From Psammoneis japonica (taxonomy: Eukaryota), in assembly GCA_008632985.1 (NCBI GenBank), contig QPGO01000068.1, forward strand, positions 62,001-126,000: a DNA stretch of 64,000 nt, in the 5' to 3' direction. The translations under genes and the position numbers were made by a program. Shown here piece after piece: positions 26,608 through 37,299 of the stretch. A model generated the notes under the pieces. It saw only the letters and a list, made by a program, of their open reading frames with translations, made no database searches and was not told the origin of the DNA. How positions within the stretch are numbered: the first letter of the stretch is position 1; each line of letters opens with the position of its first letter.

Positions 26608-27837
26608 ATGCATCAAGTTCTTATTTCTGTAACTCTTGGACTACTCGCGCTTTCGTCAAAGGTTCAGGGTGCGTAATTAGAAACACATGTGGAGAATACA
26701 AAGTTGTCTTGTCCTTTTTTCTAATCCGCTAAACCTCTTGCGTGTTCTCCAATCTCTTTCGCTCTATGATACATTTTCAGGGTTTGCATCCCTCGTATCC
26801 GAAAGACAGAAATCATTTCGAACTTCTGGTGCCTTGAGATCGAGCAACGTTGATGACATTGTAAGAGTCGCCTCAGTTTTCTTTTCGTGGTTTATTATGC
26901 AACGATGCTGCTCACATATTATTTGGCTGATGATTCGTTCTTCTGTTTAAAATTAGATTCCTTTGAAAAAGGGCTCAACATGTGCTCTTATCACACCCTG
27001 GACAGCGTCTGGCGACATTGACATTGAAGGTTTGCGACGACTTCTCCAACTTCATCTAGATAGCGGAACAGATAATCTTTGCATTCTAGGGACGACCGGC
27101 GAGGCTTCAGTTATGTCTATGAAGGAACGAGAAACGGTCTTGACGACGGCGGTAGAAATGGTCAAGGGTAAAATTCCAATTCTTGTAGGCACAGGAACGA
27201 TTAATCCTGAATCCGTAAAGGCCATGACGATGCAAGCAATGGATTTGGGGTGCGATGCATCATTGGTTGTTTCTCCATACTATGTCAAGCCACCACAGAG
27301 AGGCCTGATTCGACACTTTACATCCATGGCAGACTTGGGGTTACCAGTTGTTATCTACAACATTCCGGGACGAGCAGTTGTAGACGTTTCAGATGAAAAT
27401 ATTGCCATTTGCGCTGAGCACGAAAATGTTGTTGGTGTCAAAGATGCGACGGGTGACTTGAGCCGTGTGGAATCCCTGAGAAGGCTCGCCGGGGACGATT
27501 TTCTCATGTACAGTGGCGACGACGGAACGAGCCTGGATTTCGTAAACTTGGGTGGAGACGGTTGTATCTCTGTTACCGCCAACCTTGCTCCCAAAGCAAT
27601 GCATGAAATTATGCAGGCTGCGCTTGCGGGTGACAAGAGACGGCATCAAAACTGAACGATCCGCTTAAAATGCTACACAAAAAATTGTTTGTGGAGACTA
27701 GTCCTATCCCTGTTAAATGGGCCGCTAAGAAAATGGGATTGATGGATTCTGCATACTGCCGCCCTCCGCTAGATGAATTGGACCCGAAATTTGTACCTGA
27801 TGTCGAGCAAGCATTGAAGGAGGGAGGTCTTATATGA
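26608..27837 (+). CDS. dapA: 4-hydroxy-tetrahydrodipicolinate synthase (DHDPS), probably plastid-targeted
   Basis: Motifs GTTGEAS, PYYVKPPQ, IYNIPGR, GVKDATGD and GGDGCISVTANL. Exons 26608-26668, 26781-26860 and 26957-27837 give a signal peptide ending VQG-F. A frameshift near 27635 precedes the conserved ETSPIPVKWA tail. Confidence 0.92.
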
Positions 27838-28352
27838 GTAATGGTATGGAAGTAAAAGTATCCGCGTCGCATTGAGAATCCTCGAATGACAATTCATTCA
27901 GGGTTCACTCGCCTCCTCTTATCACATCAGGTGGATCCACGGACCTTTAACTTTCAAGGATACCACCGTCTATTCACTATAAATCGCTTTATCGTTACAA
28001 ACGCTACACGGTATGACGTACAAGGAGTTGATAGGAATTTTTAAATTGTACTACCGTCTCAAAGATGAGCACAAATGTGTTCAGCTAGTCTACTGTGTTC
28101 AGTGTTCTGTGTACTTCACTACTTCTACCGTACATACTACCGGTAGCCTGTGGCATCGCTAGCTAGCACACCCTCTGACCAAAACCCAGTCGAATGAATC
28201 ATCGTGTCGAAGATTCGAGGCCGTCCGATCGTCTTCAGGTGGTGACGTGTTCGCCGCAGAAAAAGATCGCCGCGAAGCACGACGACAGGCTGAAGGCTGA
28301 AGGCGTGATGAGATGAACACTGAATGACAACAGCCACCGTCATGCATTCGCC

Positions 28353-29723
28353 ATGTTTTATGGAAGCAAGCTGATCTTCCCTTTTGCTCTTGCTACAAAC
28401 CTCCTAAGAGCGTCTGCATTTTCGTCCAACCGTGCTGTGGCATTCGTTCCCTCCTCGCGGCATCGCAGTGCCACTCGTCTCAACATGTCGACTCTTGTAA
28501 CGGGACGACCCACTTGGCAGCAAACCATGCTGCGTATCCGTGATCCAGCAAAGTCAATCCCATTCTACACAGAACAGTTGGGATTTACGTTGATCGATAC
28601 GTTTGACTTTCCGCAGTATTCCTTCAGCCTCTACTTCCTCACGACTCTTCCAGAAGGCGAAACATACGATTTGACCCCAGGCACTCAGGAAGCGCATGAC
28701 TACTTGTGGTCGATGGAAGGAGTAGCTCTAGAGCTTACCCATAACCATGGCTCGGAAAACGATGAAAGCTTCAAAGGATATCACTCGGGTAACGCTGAGA
28801 GAGATGGGTTTGGACACGTTGCTGTAAAGTGAGTGGAAAGAAAAGATCTGAGACCTTGATGCATGTCCTCGATCCATGCTCGTCTCACGCTTTTTGTGAT
28901 CAAATAAACTGAAACCCCATTAGCTGTGATGATGTGTATGCATCGGCTGCAAAACTTGAAAAAGCAGGTGTAAGCTTCAAAAAGAAACCAGACGAGGGAA
29001 GGTGAGTAAATGTCATGTTTCGTCTTGTTTAGTGCATGATTGGTGTCTCTGCTATAAAATCTAACACAAATCGTCGCACGATGTGACAGGATGAAGGGCC
29101 TTGCGTTTGCTTATGACCCCGACGGGTACTGGGTTGAGCTTGTCAGTCGTGGTGAAGGTGCAAAGGGCAAATACCCTTTGAGTACAACTTTTCGCAGACC
29201 ATGCTTCGCGTCAAGGATCCGAAAAAGAGCATCGAGTTCTATAAGAATCTGGGAATGAAGTTGTTGGTAGAACGGCACTTTGACGATTTCTCTCTTTACT
29301 TCTTGGGTTCTTCCAATGTGGATGAATCGGTCGAAGCCAAGGACCAGTTTCAGCCACTCCTTGAACTCACGCACAACCACGGCACCGAAGACGACAATGA
29401 CTTTAAGCATTACAATGGCAACGAAGACGGGCGACAAGGTTTTGGACACATTGGATTCTTGGTAGACGACGTTTACAAGGCATGTGATGCTATCCGTGAT
29501 ATGGGATATGGCTTTCGAAAGGTAACTAGTCACTGCTTCTTTCGCATCGACACGCATATGGTAGCTTCATGCTTGTCTCACCTTTCTTTAAACTGTTACT
29601 GCATCACACCAGGAACCGGACGGCGGATCAATGAAGGGACTGGCGTTTGCCTACGATCCAGATGGTTATTCTGTTGAGATTATTAAGCGCGGTGGCATCG
29701 ATTTTGGTGACGCAAAGAAATAG
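28353..29723 (+). CDS. Glyoxalase I (lactoylglutathione lyase), two-domain monomeric type, with ASAF plastid presequence
   Basis: Two copies each of QTMLR(I/V)xDP, LELTHNHG, GFGH and GLAFAYDPDGY. GT-AG introns start near 28830, 29002 and 29522. Apparent frameshift near 29170. Confidence 0.9.
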
Positions 29724-29908
29724 GCAAAAGCATCGACGAATGATAGTGCGCGTAGGAATGCATCTTTACATAATACTTAGTCTAGGTACAACTCCAGCAA
29801 AGTCATGTCGTACTGTGTACCGTATATCTATTGTTGTCGATGCAGTGACGGCCATTTGTCTGCTCTGCTGTGCCTCGAGAGGAAGTTTCAGGAAAACACA
29901 ACATTACC

Positions 29909-31330
29909 TTAAACAAACTTGAAGGTAGCTTGGAGCGGTAAATGATCACTGGGCTGATTTTCGTCTGGTATTGGTTGTGGCGGTGTTTTACAATCGCAAA
30001 GGGTGACTGGCTCAAGAGTGAGATCGTGCCATATATAGTCAATCCATTCAACACGTACAGCGTTGTGAGAGGTGCATTGCTTCTCCTTGCCCACGCCATT
30101 TCCAAATCCATGCACCTCTGCAAATGCATCTTGTAGACGGCGAGAACCCCAAGCCAATGTTCTGGATTCAGGATCGAATCCCGTATCAAAAGAGACTTTG
30201 GAAGAGACGCTGCTATCCGAACAACTAATTTGCCCACCAAATATGGATTCTACTTCGTTGGAATTGGTGTTGAAGTCTCCCAGGAGGAGGACGCTGTCGC
30301 CTGAATCAAATCTAGTCTCGACCAAATTTTTAATAGTGGCGAGCTCAGCCGCACGTACTTCACCAGGATACCAATTTGTTTTGACTCCATCTCGAGAGGT
30401 TGTCATGAGGTGAGCCACACAGCACGAAACAGTCTTGCCGCTCGGCCTGTGCAGCAGTCGGAGGAGTGCAGCATTCCGTCGATCTGCTGCAGGCATAAGT
30501 ACAGCAGGTTCATGCACGGGTGCCTTTTTCGTATGCCAGTGCTCCTTCATGTCGGCATTAAATAGTGCGCCATTTAGAGCTCCTTTCTCACATTCTAGGA
30601 CATGGACACCACCTGAAACGGAAACTGATCCTACATATGAGACTGGTTCAAACACACTTCGCTTCCAAAACACACCGAGCCCAGAGGGCGGGTCACGTCC
30701 TTTTAGTGGGTCTTTGAAAAAAGCACCGTCATATCCCAGTGCCTCCATTGCGTCTGAAAAGGACTCAGAGCAACCTTGTTCCCTGTACTCTGCAACAGTG
30801 GAATGACAATCGTACTCCTCGAGCGCAACGATATCTGGTTTGTTTTGGGTGACTCGTTCAAAGACTCGTGGCCCTCGTCCAGCCCAAGCGTATATTTGTT
30901 CTTCTGTCGACACAACGTCTTGAAAAAAGTCGTGAAATAGATCGGGAGGCAAAGACTTTTTCGATAATCCCCTTAGAGTTGTTGCGACGACGGCTTGCTC
31001 GTCTCGGCCGCTGTACATGACTTGATCCTCCCCGACCCAAGTCAGCCCGGACAATTCCTGTGGCACATCTTGCGGACCTTGACATCGCCGTGTCCCCCAA
31101 AAACCTCTCATTGCCGCATAATCCCCCGATTGAAAGTTCTTGTGAAAATGTGACAAATACTCTGGAGTGAGAGTTGCGCCGACCCATTCTTGAAAATTTT
31201 GAGAAGAGTAGTGCTCGATTCTTTCCTGAATACTCGGCGAAACGGTCATTACCCAAGGAATAGTGTTTGCTGCGAGGCTTTTTGCAAGAATATTGTACGT
31301 GACAACTTGGAACGAGTTTGCAGCGACCAT
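29909..31330 (-). CDS. Endonuclease/exonuclease/phosphatase (CCR4/nocturnin-like) protein
   Basis: Motifs VVTYNILA, PDIVALEEYD, VAHL, LLGDFN, WIDYIW and PSDHLPL in an intact 473-aa ORF. Confidence 0.88.
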   Translation of the reverse strand: MVAANSFQVVTYNILAKSLAANTIPWVMTVSPSIQERIEHYSSQNFQEWVGATLTPEYLSHFHKNFQSGDYAAMRGFWGTRRCQGPQDVPQELSGLTWVGEDQVMYSGRDEQAVVATTLRGLSKKSLPPDLFHDFFQDVVSTEEQIYAWAGRGPRVFERVTQNKPDIVALEEYDCHSTVAEYREQGCSESFSDAMEALGYDGAFFKDPLKGRDPPSGLGVFWKRSVFEPVSYVGSVSVSGGVHVLECEKGALNGALFNADMKEHWHTKKAPVHEPAVLMPAADRRNAALLRLLHRPSGKTVSCCVAHLMTTSRDGVKTNWYPGEVRAAELATIKNLVETRFDSGDSVLLLGDFNTNSNEVESIFGGQISCSDSSVSSKVSFDTGFDPESRTLAWGSRRLQDAFAEVHGFGNGVGKEKQCTSHNAVRVEWIDYIWHDLTLEPVTLCDCKTPPQPIPDENQPSDHLPLQATFKFV

Positions 31331-32019
31331 GGTTGACGCCTTTTTCCTTTTTCTGCACCAACTTGCTCTATCTCCGCTCCTCTCCTCTCTTCTATCTTTA
31401 TCTCGATCTCATTCTATTCATCTCGATTTTTGTGAAAAGCGCGAGCGCCTTGGAGTGAACCAACAAAATCAAAAATGGCGGGAAAACGAATATATCGTAT
31501 TTGCATAACCTAAATATGCAAACTTAAGTAATTTTCTTTTTGCCGTTAAACCGTTTAATTTCGATAATAAAACATTCGTTGTCAAAGATGTACAATTGTA
31601 TGATCATTCTACGGATCAAATAAGAGATATAGATTGATGCGAGCATCAAACATGCCGGTCTGCCGTGTCACTCGAAACTCGCATTGTCGCGTTTTCAGAC
31701 TTGCTGTTTGAGCACACAATCACAAGCTAAACATATCATTGTCAAAGGTACTCTTCATCAGCAGTGTTGTCGGGTTCGAGAAGAAAATTGCGAAAAGTTC
31801 AGCAGCAATAAGCGCATTTCTGGTTGATCTCACGTGATTTGCGAGAGTTGGTCGTGTCCGTCGTAAAATTCTACGCGCTTCGTACCAAGGAAAATATATC
31901 AGCTCAAAGTAGCGGGCAACGCGTGTCACATCACAGTCTGTGTACTTCTACATTCAGGAACCTTTGCTTTCGTTGACACCTTCTTGGTTACGAATTTACT
32001 TTTATTACAATACTGAACA

Positions 32020-33926
32020 ATGCGTGAAGATGGTGGTCTAGGCACAAGCCTGGTCGGTGACCGCGTAACAGTCAATGGGAGAACTGTTTCTGTCACAAAA
32101 ATGCTGGGTGAAGGTACGTGATGTCGGTGATTCAGTGTGTTTGAAGTCGGCTATGAATTCGTTTTCTCAGGCAGCTTGTTACTGCTTCGAATCGTAGGCG
32201 GCTTTTCTTTTGTTTATTTAGTAAAGGAGTGCGTAAGTCCAACGGCAACACAATCTACTAGCAATCAAAGCGACGCCCCTACCAGATCGACCGCTTCCAA
32301 TACCGCTTCTTCAGCGTCCGATAATGTGATGGTACTCAAGGTCACGTCAATGCACTCGAGACATCAGAGAAAAGTTGCAGAAAAAGAGGCAAAACTGCTT
32401 TCACGGCTAAATCACCCCTCGATTGTCAAAATGTTTGATGCTTCGTCTAGAACAGTTGTTGTTGCTGGTGGCTCTGGAAAACTGGGCGTTCTTGGGAGTC
32501 AGAAGGAATCGGCCGAGGGAAGTAAGAAGGAACGACCACAACACTGCATACTTTTAGAATACTGCGAAGGCGGCCACGCGCTCGATGTTTGTTATCAGCT
32601 CAAGTCTCAGGGATCGCGATTTGATATTTCCTCCCTCATTATTGCGTTTGGGCAAATTTGTAACGCTGTTTCGTATCTTCATGCTCAACGGCCTCCGGTT
32701 GTCCACCGCGACTTGAAACCCGAGAACTTTTTGATTCGAAACGGAGCATACAAGCTATGTGACTTTGGATCTGCGGTTTTTGGAAGTGTAGAGCTCAAGA
32801 CACAAAGTCAACGTGCGGAAGCGGGAGAAGTGATTGAAAAAACAACCACGCAAATGTTTCGAGCGCCAGAGATGGTGGATTTGTACATGACAAAGAAGTT
32901 GACCCAGAGGTATGTTGTGGGGTCCGTGTTTTGACTAGAGAGAGTATTCTGCTTGATCTTACCAATGAGCCATGTTCTGCTATCTCTTTCTCCTTAGCAC
33001 CGACGTGTGGGCGCTAGGCTGTTGTTTGTATTCATTGGCATTCCTGCAAAATTGCTTTGAAGAAAACTCAAATCTAGCCATTTTGTCAAAGAACTATAAG
33101 ATACCAGAAGATAATCCTTATGGAGATGCTTTCGTGGAGCTCATCGACCGCATGCTAACCGTCGACTGCAAAGCAAGAGCCGACATGACGGAGGTTATTC
33201 TTTGTTTATCTGCCATTTATTCGAATCGACCCTTGCCTCCACGAAAGAAACGACCAAAGTCTCCGAAGAAAGTTGATTCACCCGATGGAGAACCCACCAG
33301 CGAGGTTGAGAAGAAACGAGTCGGCTCTTATCGAACCGACGGTCAAGGCATCCGGACCTCTGCCAAGCTCCCTGAACCCAAAAAGGTGGAAGCAAAAAAG
33401 TTGAATCCCAATTCGGCAGCTGCTAGACGCCGGCGTCAAAGTCAAAATGAAGTATCGCCACGAAATTCTCAAACCAGCAAGCGACTGCCGTCCATATCTT
33501 CGTCTGGAGGAAACTTTTCGTCGGGTGCATTTAGGTCAAGCAGTAGCTCACCGACAGTAGAGGATATTGCCTTTTCACCGTCAGAGAATCCGTTTGCTTC
33601 CAGGAGAGAAAATGGTAAGTTATCCTTTGTTGCATCCATACGTTGGACTTACCTCATGCGTTGACTCAATGACGCCAATGTTGCTCTCTACCGGTACAAC
33701 AGGAACGGAAGAAAAGAAAAGCGACAACACGGGTGACGGTTTTGGATTCGCTGATGGATTTTGGGAGATCCCTAGTTCAAACAGTCGAGGCAGCACTGAT
33801 GGAGAGGCAGAAGCTGCCGCGGGCATGAACAATCTCTCTGTTGACGGCGATCCTTATGCCTCCGCACGAGGCGACAAGGTAAAGAAAGTGCGCAGCCTGA
33901 AGGGCTTATTTCATAAAGGGCACTAG
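32020..33926 (+). CDS. Ser/Thr protein kinase, NAK (AAK1/Ark1-like) family
   Basis: Motifs LGEGGFSFVYLV (across intron 32114-32197), VHRDLKPENFL, KLCDFGSA, TTQMFRAPEMVDLY and DVWALGCCLY. Further introns near 32910-32997 and in the 3' part. Confidence 0.88.
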
Positions 33927-34064
33927 TATGCACTTCGATATAGATGTCGCCTCTGGATTTTTGACACCTCAGTAGTCATTCTCTTCCCGTACATTTTAAA
34001 TTTATTCGACTATCGGTAGTTCATGAACGCCAATCTCAAGTTCACACCCTTCATCTACCAGAGC

Positions 34065-34763
34065 TCAGAAAATGAATGGAACCAAAACCCACCTCTTCTC
34101 TGGAGATGGGCTACCCTTAGGAGCTGCGCCGTCTTTGTAGAGCTTGACATACTTCTCTTTGCGAGCCGTTGATAATTGAACTAACATGACAAAGCTCACA
34201 ACGAAGATAAAGATGGATGGGGGGGAGAAACCGGCAGCAAGAATGTATCCTATCCATGCCAACAATTCAAATGTGTAGTGCGGCGCAGCCAAATATAGAA
34301 ATGGCCCGCTGTAAGGGATCGTCCATTTGGTATCGGTAGGATCCTTGCGAAGTGACCGAAAATACGCGTGGCAGAGGAAGTTCCCAACTTCTCCAAGGCT
34401 AAACAATGCGAGACCCACCACAGCGATTGGGCTAAACACTTCAGTGGATGCTTGTTTGAGGCAAACTCCTGTGCATCCATTGATGGCGCCCCAAATAGAA
34501 TAATACAGGAAACACAGGACCGAATCACGTTCATTGGGAATCCCTTTCCCATGGTATCTGTTCAAGAAAACCACCTCGGCCGCGCGACGTAAGAAATGAA
34601 AATGCCAGCAAAATGCCAAAACAGCAGCAGGTGCCGCCGTTTCAGCCACCAAGGGTGAAGCCCAACCGTGGCACTGCTCGAGCTTTGTTTCTGCAAGGAA
34701 GTACAGACTCGGAGCAGCGAGATAGCCAAAGAGCCATGGGCAACGTGTCCAAACGATCGGCAT
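34065..34763 (-). CDS. Steroid 5-alpha-reductase / enoyl-CoA reductase-like membrane protein
   Basis: Hydrophobic ORF with HFLRRAAEV, GNFLCHAYFRSLR, APHYTFELLAWIG and RWVLVPFIF. The start is uncertain and may lie near 34830 via a frameshift. Confidence 0.8.
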   Translation of the reverse strand: MPIVWTRCPWLFGYLAAPSLYFLAETKLEQCHGWASPLVAETAAPAAVLAFCWHFHFLRRAAEVVFLNRYHGKGIPNERDSVLCFLYYSIWGAINGCTGVCLKQASTEVFSPIAVVGLALFSLGEVGNFLCHAYFRSLRKDPTDTKWTIPYSGPFLYLAAPHYTFELLAWIGYILAAGFSPPSIFIFVVSFVMLVQLSTARKEKYVKLYKDGAAPKGSPSPEKRWVLVPFIF

Positions 34764-34999
34764 TTCGTTTTGTGCAGGCGGGTACTCGGTTATGGTTCTC
34801 AGAAGAAACTACAATGGGAGCAAACAGAGATGAAAGAGGCACCGAACTTCACCTATCGTCTCCTTTTCGTCTTTTTTATGTACTGTACAGGTTACTTTCT
34901 TGCTGCAGAACAAAGCTGCACATGGCACACGCACACACGCAGACTTCGCACTTCACTTCTTCATTCATCACTCCGCATCACCTCTTATTCGCAGGTGGT

Positions 35000-37230
35000 C
35001 CTAGACCTACCTATGGGATGCAGGTGTGCGTGATGTCTGAAGTGGGAATGCTGACTAACTGCTCTTGCCAGTGGATGATTGCCCAGAATTTGTGCAACAA
35101 TGTGACACCCAAAATGAGTGCACATGCTTGCCAGTGTCATTGTCATCCCAAACATCATCAGCAACACAAACGTCTGCCCATGAGTGCATGTTTGAGCAAG
35201 AGACATTTGCACAACTTGAGCAAGCCGGTTTGAAGGTCAATGCCAAAAAGCTCTTCTTTGCCAAGCCTGGGGTGGACCATCTGGGCTTTCACATCAAGCG
35301 AAATGGCACTGGACCTGAGAAAGTGGAGGCAATTCAAGTGATTGCAGCTCCTGCTGCTTGAAAGGAATTGCAATGTTTCATTGGCGCAATCAACTGCCAT
35401 CAAGACATGTGGCCTCGATCATCTCACATGTGCTTGCTCCACTGGCCAAACTCACCTCAAATGAGGCAAAACGGCAATGGACAAGCACAGAACAAAAAGC
35501 CTGTAAAAATGTGAAGCTCATCACATCAAAAGATGTGTCATTGTCATGCCCAAATTTCAAGGAACCCTTTGAGAAATGCACTGATGCAAGCAACTCTCAA
35601 TTGGGAGCAGCAGTTGTTGCCCAAAGCAACTGACCTGTTGCCTCCTGCAGCCACAGGTTAAATGGCACACAGACATGCCATGCTGAAATGGAAAAAGAAC
35701 TTCTGTCTGCAGTGGAAATGCTTGAAGATTTCTGAAATGCACTGTTTGGCCAACAGACAAATGCATTCATGGATCATAAAAATCTCTTGCATGACAAGAA
35801 CTTTGCCACAGACAGAGTCATGCATTGGCATCTCATCACAGAAGAGTGCAGCCCCAAATTGATTTGCCTCAAGTGCAAGGTGAGTGTCATTGCACAGCAC
35901 TGAAGAAATGGCTGCAAAGGTTGCACCCAAATCCTGCAACAATGCAAAGTTCTTGATGCTGAACAGAAAAACGGGACAAAGACATCCTCTCCAAATTGTC
36001 AAATGCGACATGTCACATGAAGACTTTTAGTGGAGGAAAGAGAGATTGAATGCTCACATGTCACAGAGAAAAAATTGTCATGCCAAAGATGTGTCACAAA
36101 AAGCAGTTGCAGATTGTTGGTGTCACATGCACCTTCTGCACCCCCTGGCATGAACAGAGCTGAAGAAACAATCTCACAACACCTGTGCGTGGTGGTCTGC
36201 CCTGTGTGAAGACATGCAAAAACATGTGTCCAAGCAGCGTGAGACATGCCAGAAATTCAAACAGAAACAAAAGAAACATGGACATTTGCCTCCCTGGTGT
36301 GCAGAAGCAGCACCATGGGAAAGACCATGTGTGGATCTAACTGGACTGCACAAGATGCGTGGAAAGGGAAGAAGGAAACCCCTGGTCCTAAAGTGTTCAA
36401 CTGTGGTTGATCCAGCAACCAGATGGTTTGAAGTTGAGGAAATTCCAAATGAAGAATCCACAACTGTTGCTGGACCAACAGAAAGGATGTGGTTGAGTGG
36501 ACACCCCTGGCCATCACAAATTGCTTGTGACCATGGAAGTGAGTTCATCAGACACCAGTTTAAGAACATGGTTGAAGAGGACCATGGCATCAAATGCAAG
36601 CCCATCACCACACAAAATCCACAAGCAAATGCTCCAACATGTTGTGTGCATTAAGCACTGGGCAACATGGTGCACACATTTGACCCACAAAGTGCACCAC
36701 TGGACACAGAAGATCCATTTGCTGAAGTTCTGTCAGCAGCAGCCTTCAGCACATCTCTGGCTGGAAGTTTGTCCAGAAATGAGAACAGGAGATCATGAAT
36801 GAGAACAACACTCAAGAGAAAGATCAATGTGCCCCATGCACATGCAGAGTGAAAGAAAAAATGGTGCTTGAGAAAGACTCTCAAAAATTAGAACAGCCCT
36901 GCATTGGACCATGCAAAACAACAATGGCACACACTGATGGCACAGTGCAGATCTCACATGTGGCAATGTTGTTGACACTGTCAATGTCCATTGCATGATG
37001 CTATTTAACAAATGACTTCAATGTTCAATTGGGGAGGTGAGTGCAACATGCATTGTTGCGTGTGAAGGACACATCAGTCACACACATCTGATTGAATGTT
37101 GAAAATTGCAAACAGGATCAACAGATGATGTTGACACATAAGATGTCAATGCCGATCATGTCCGGACAAACTTTTGTCACAATCAGATTCAACATGATGT
37201 GATCTCACAATTTTTCCACTTTTCATGACT
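35000..37230 (+). mobile_element. Degenerate Ty3/gypsy LTR retrotransposon pol fragment (RT-RNase H-integrase) with a likely polypurine tract
   Basis: LPMG (~35006), LEQAGLKVNAKK..VDHLG, CPNFKEPFEKCTDASNSQLGA, PWERPCVDLTG, VDPATRWFE, DHGSEF and NPQANA, with integrase after RNase H. Purine tract GGGGAGGTGAG at 37031-37041, followed by a putative LTR. Confidence 0.88.
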
Positions 37231-37299
37231 TGCTCTGCTTTTGTTTACACTCGTTCTTCAAGCATGGTGCATGTGGAACCTGCAGCACATTTTCATCAA

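Noticed and set aside
10583..29723. GST and glyoxalase I as a glutathione-detoxification cluster
   Set aside because: They are ~17 kb apart with unrelated genes between, and there is no sign of co-regulation.
8040..34800. Frameshifts in otherwise intact host genes (HECT ligase x4, GST, DHDPS, glyoxalase, probably others) as programmed recoding or pseudogenisation
   Set aside because: They are scattered small indels in conserved genes with no other decay, most simply explained as long-read assembly errors. The breaks in Rep/Hel and the dioxygenase could be errors too.
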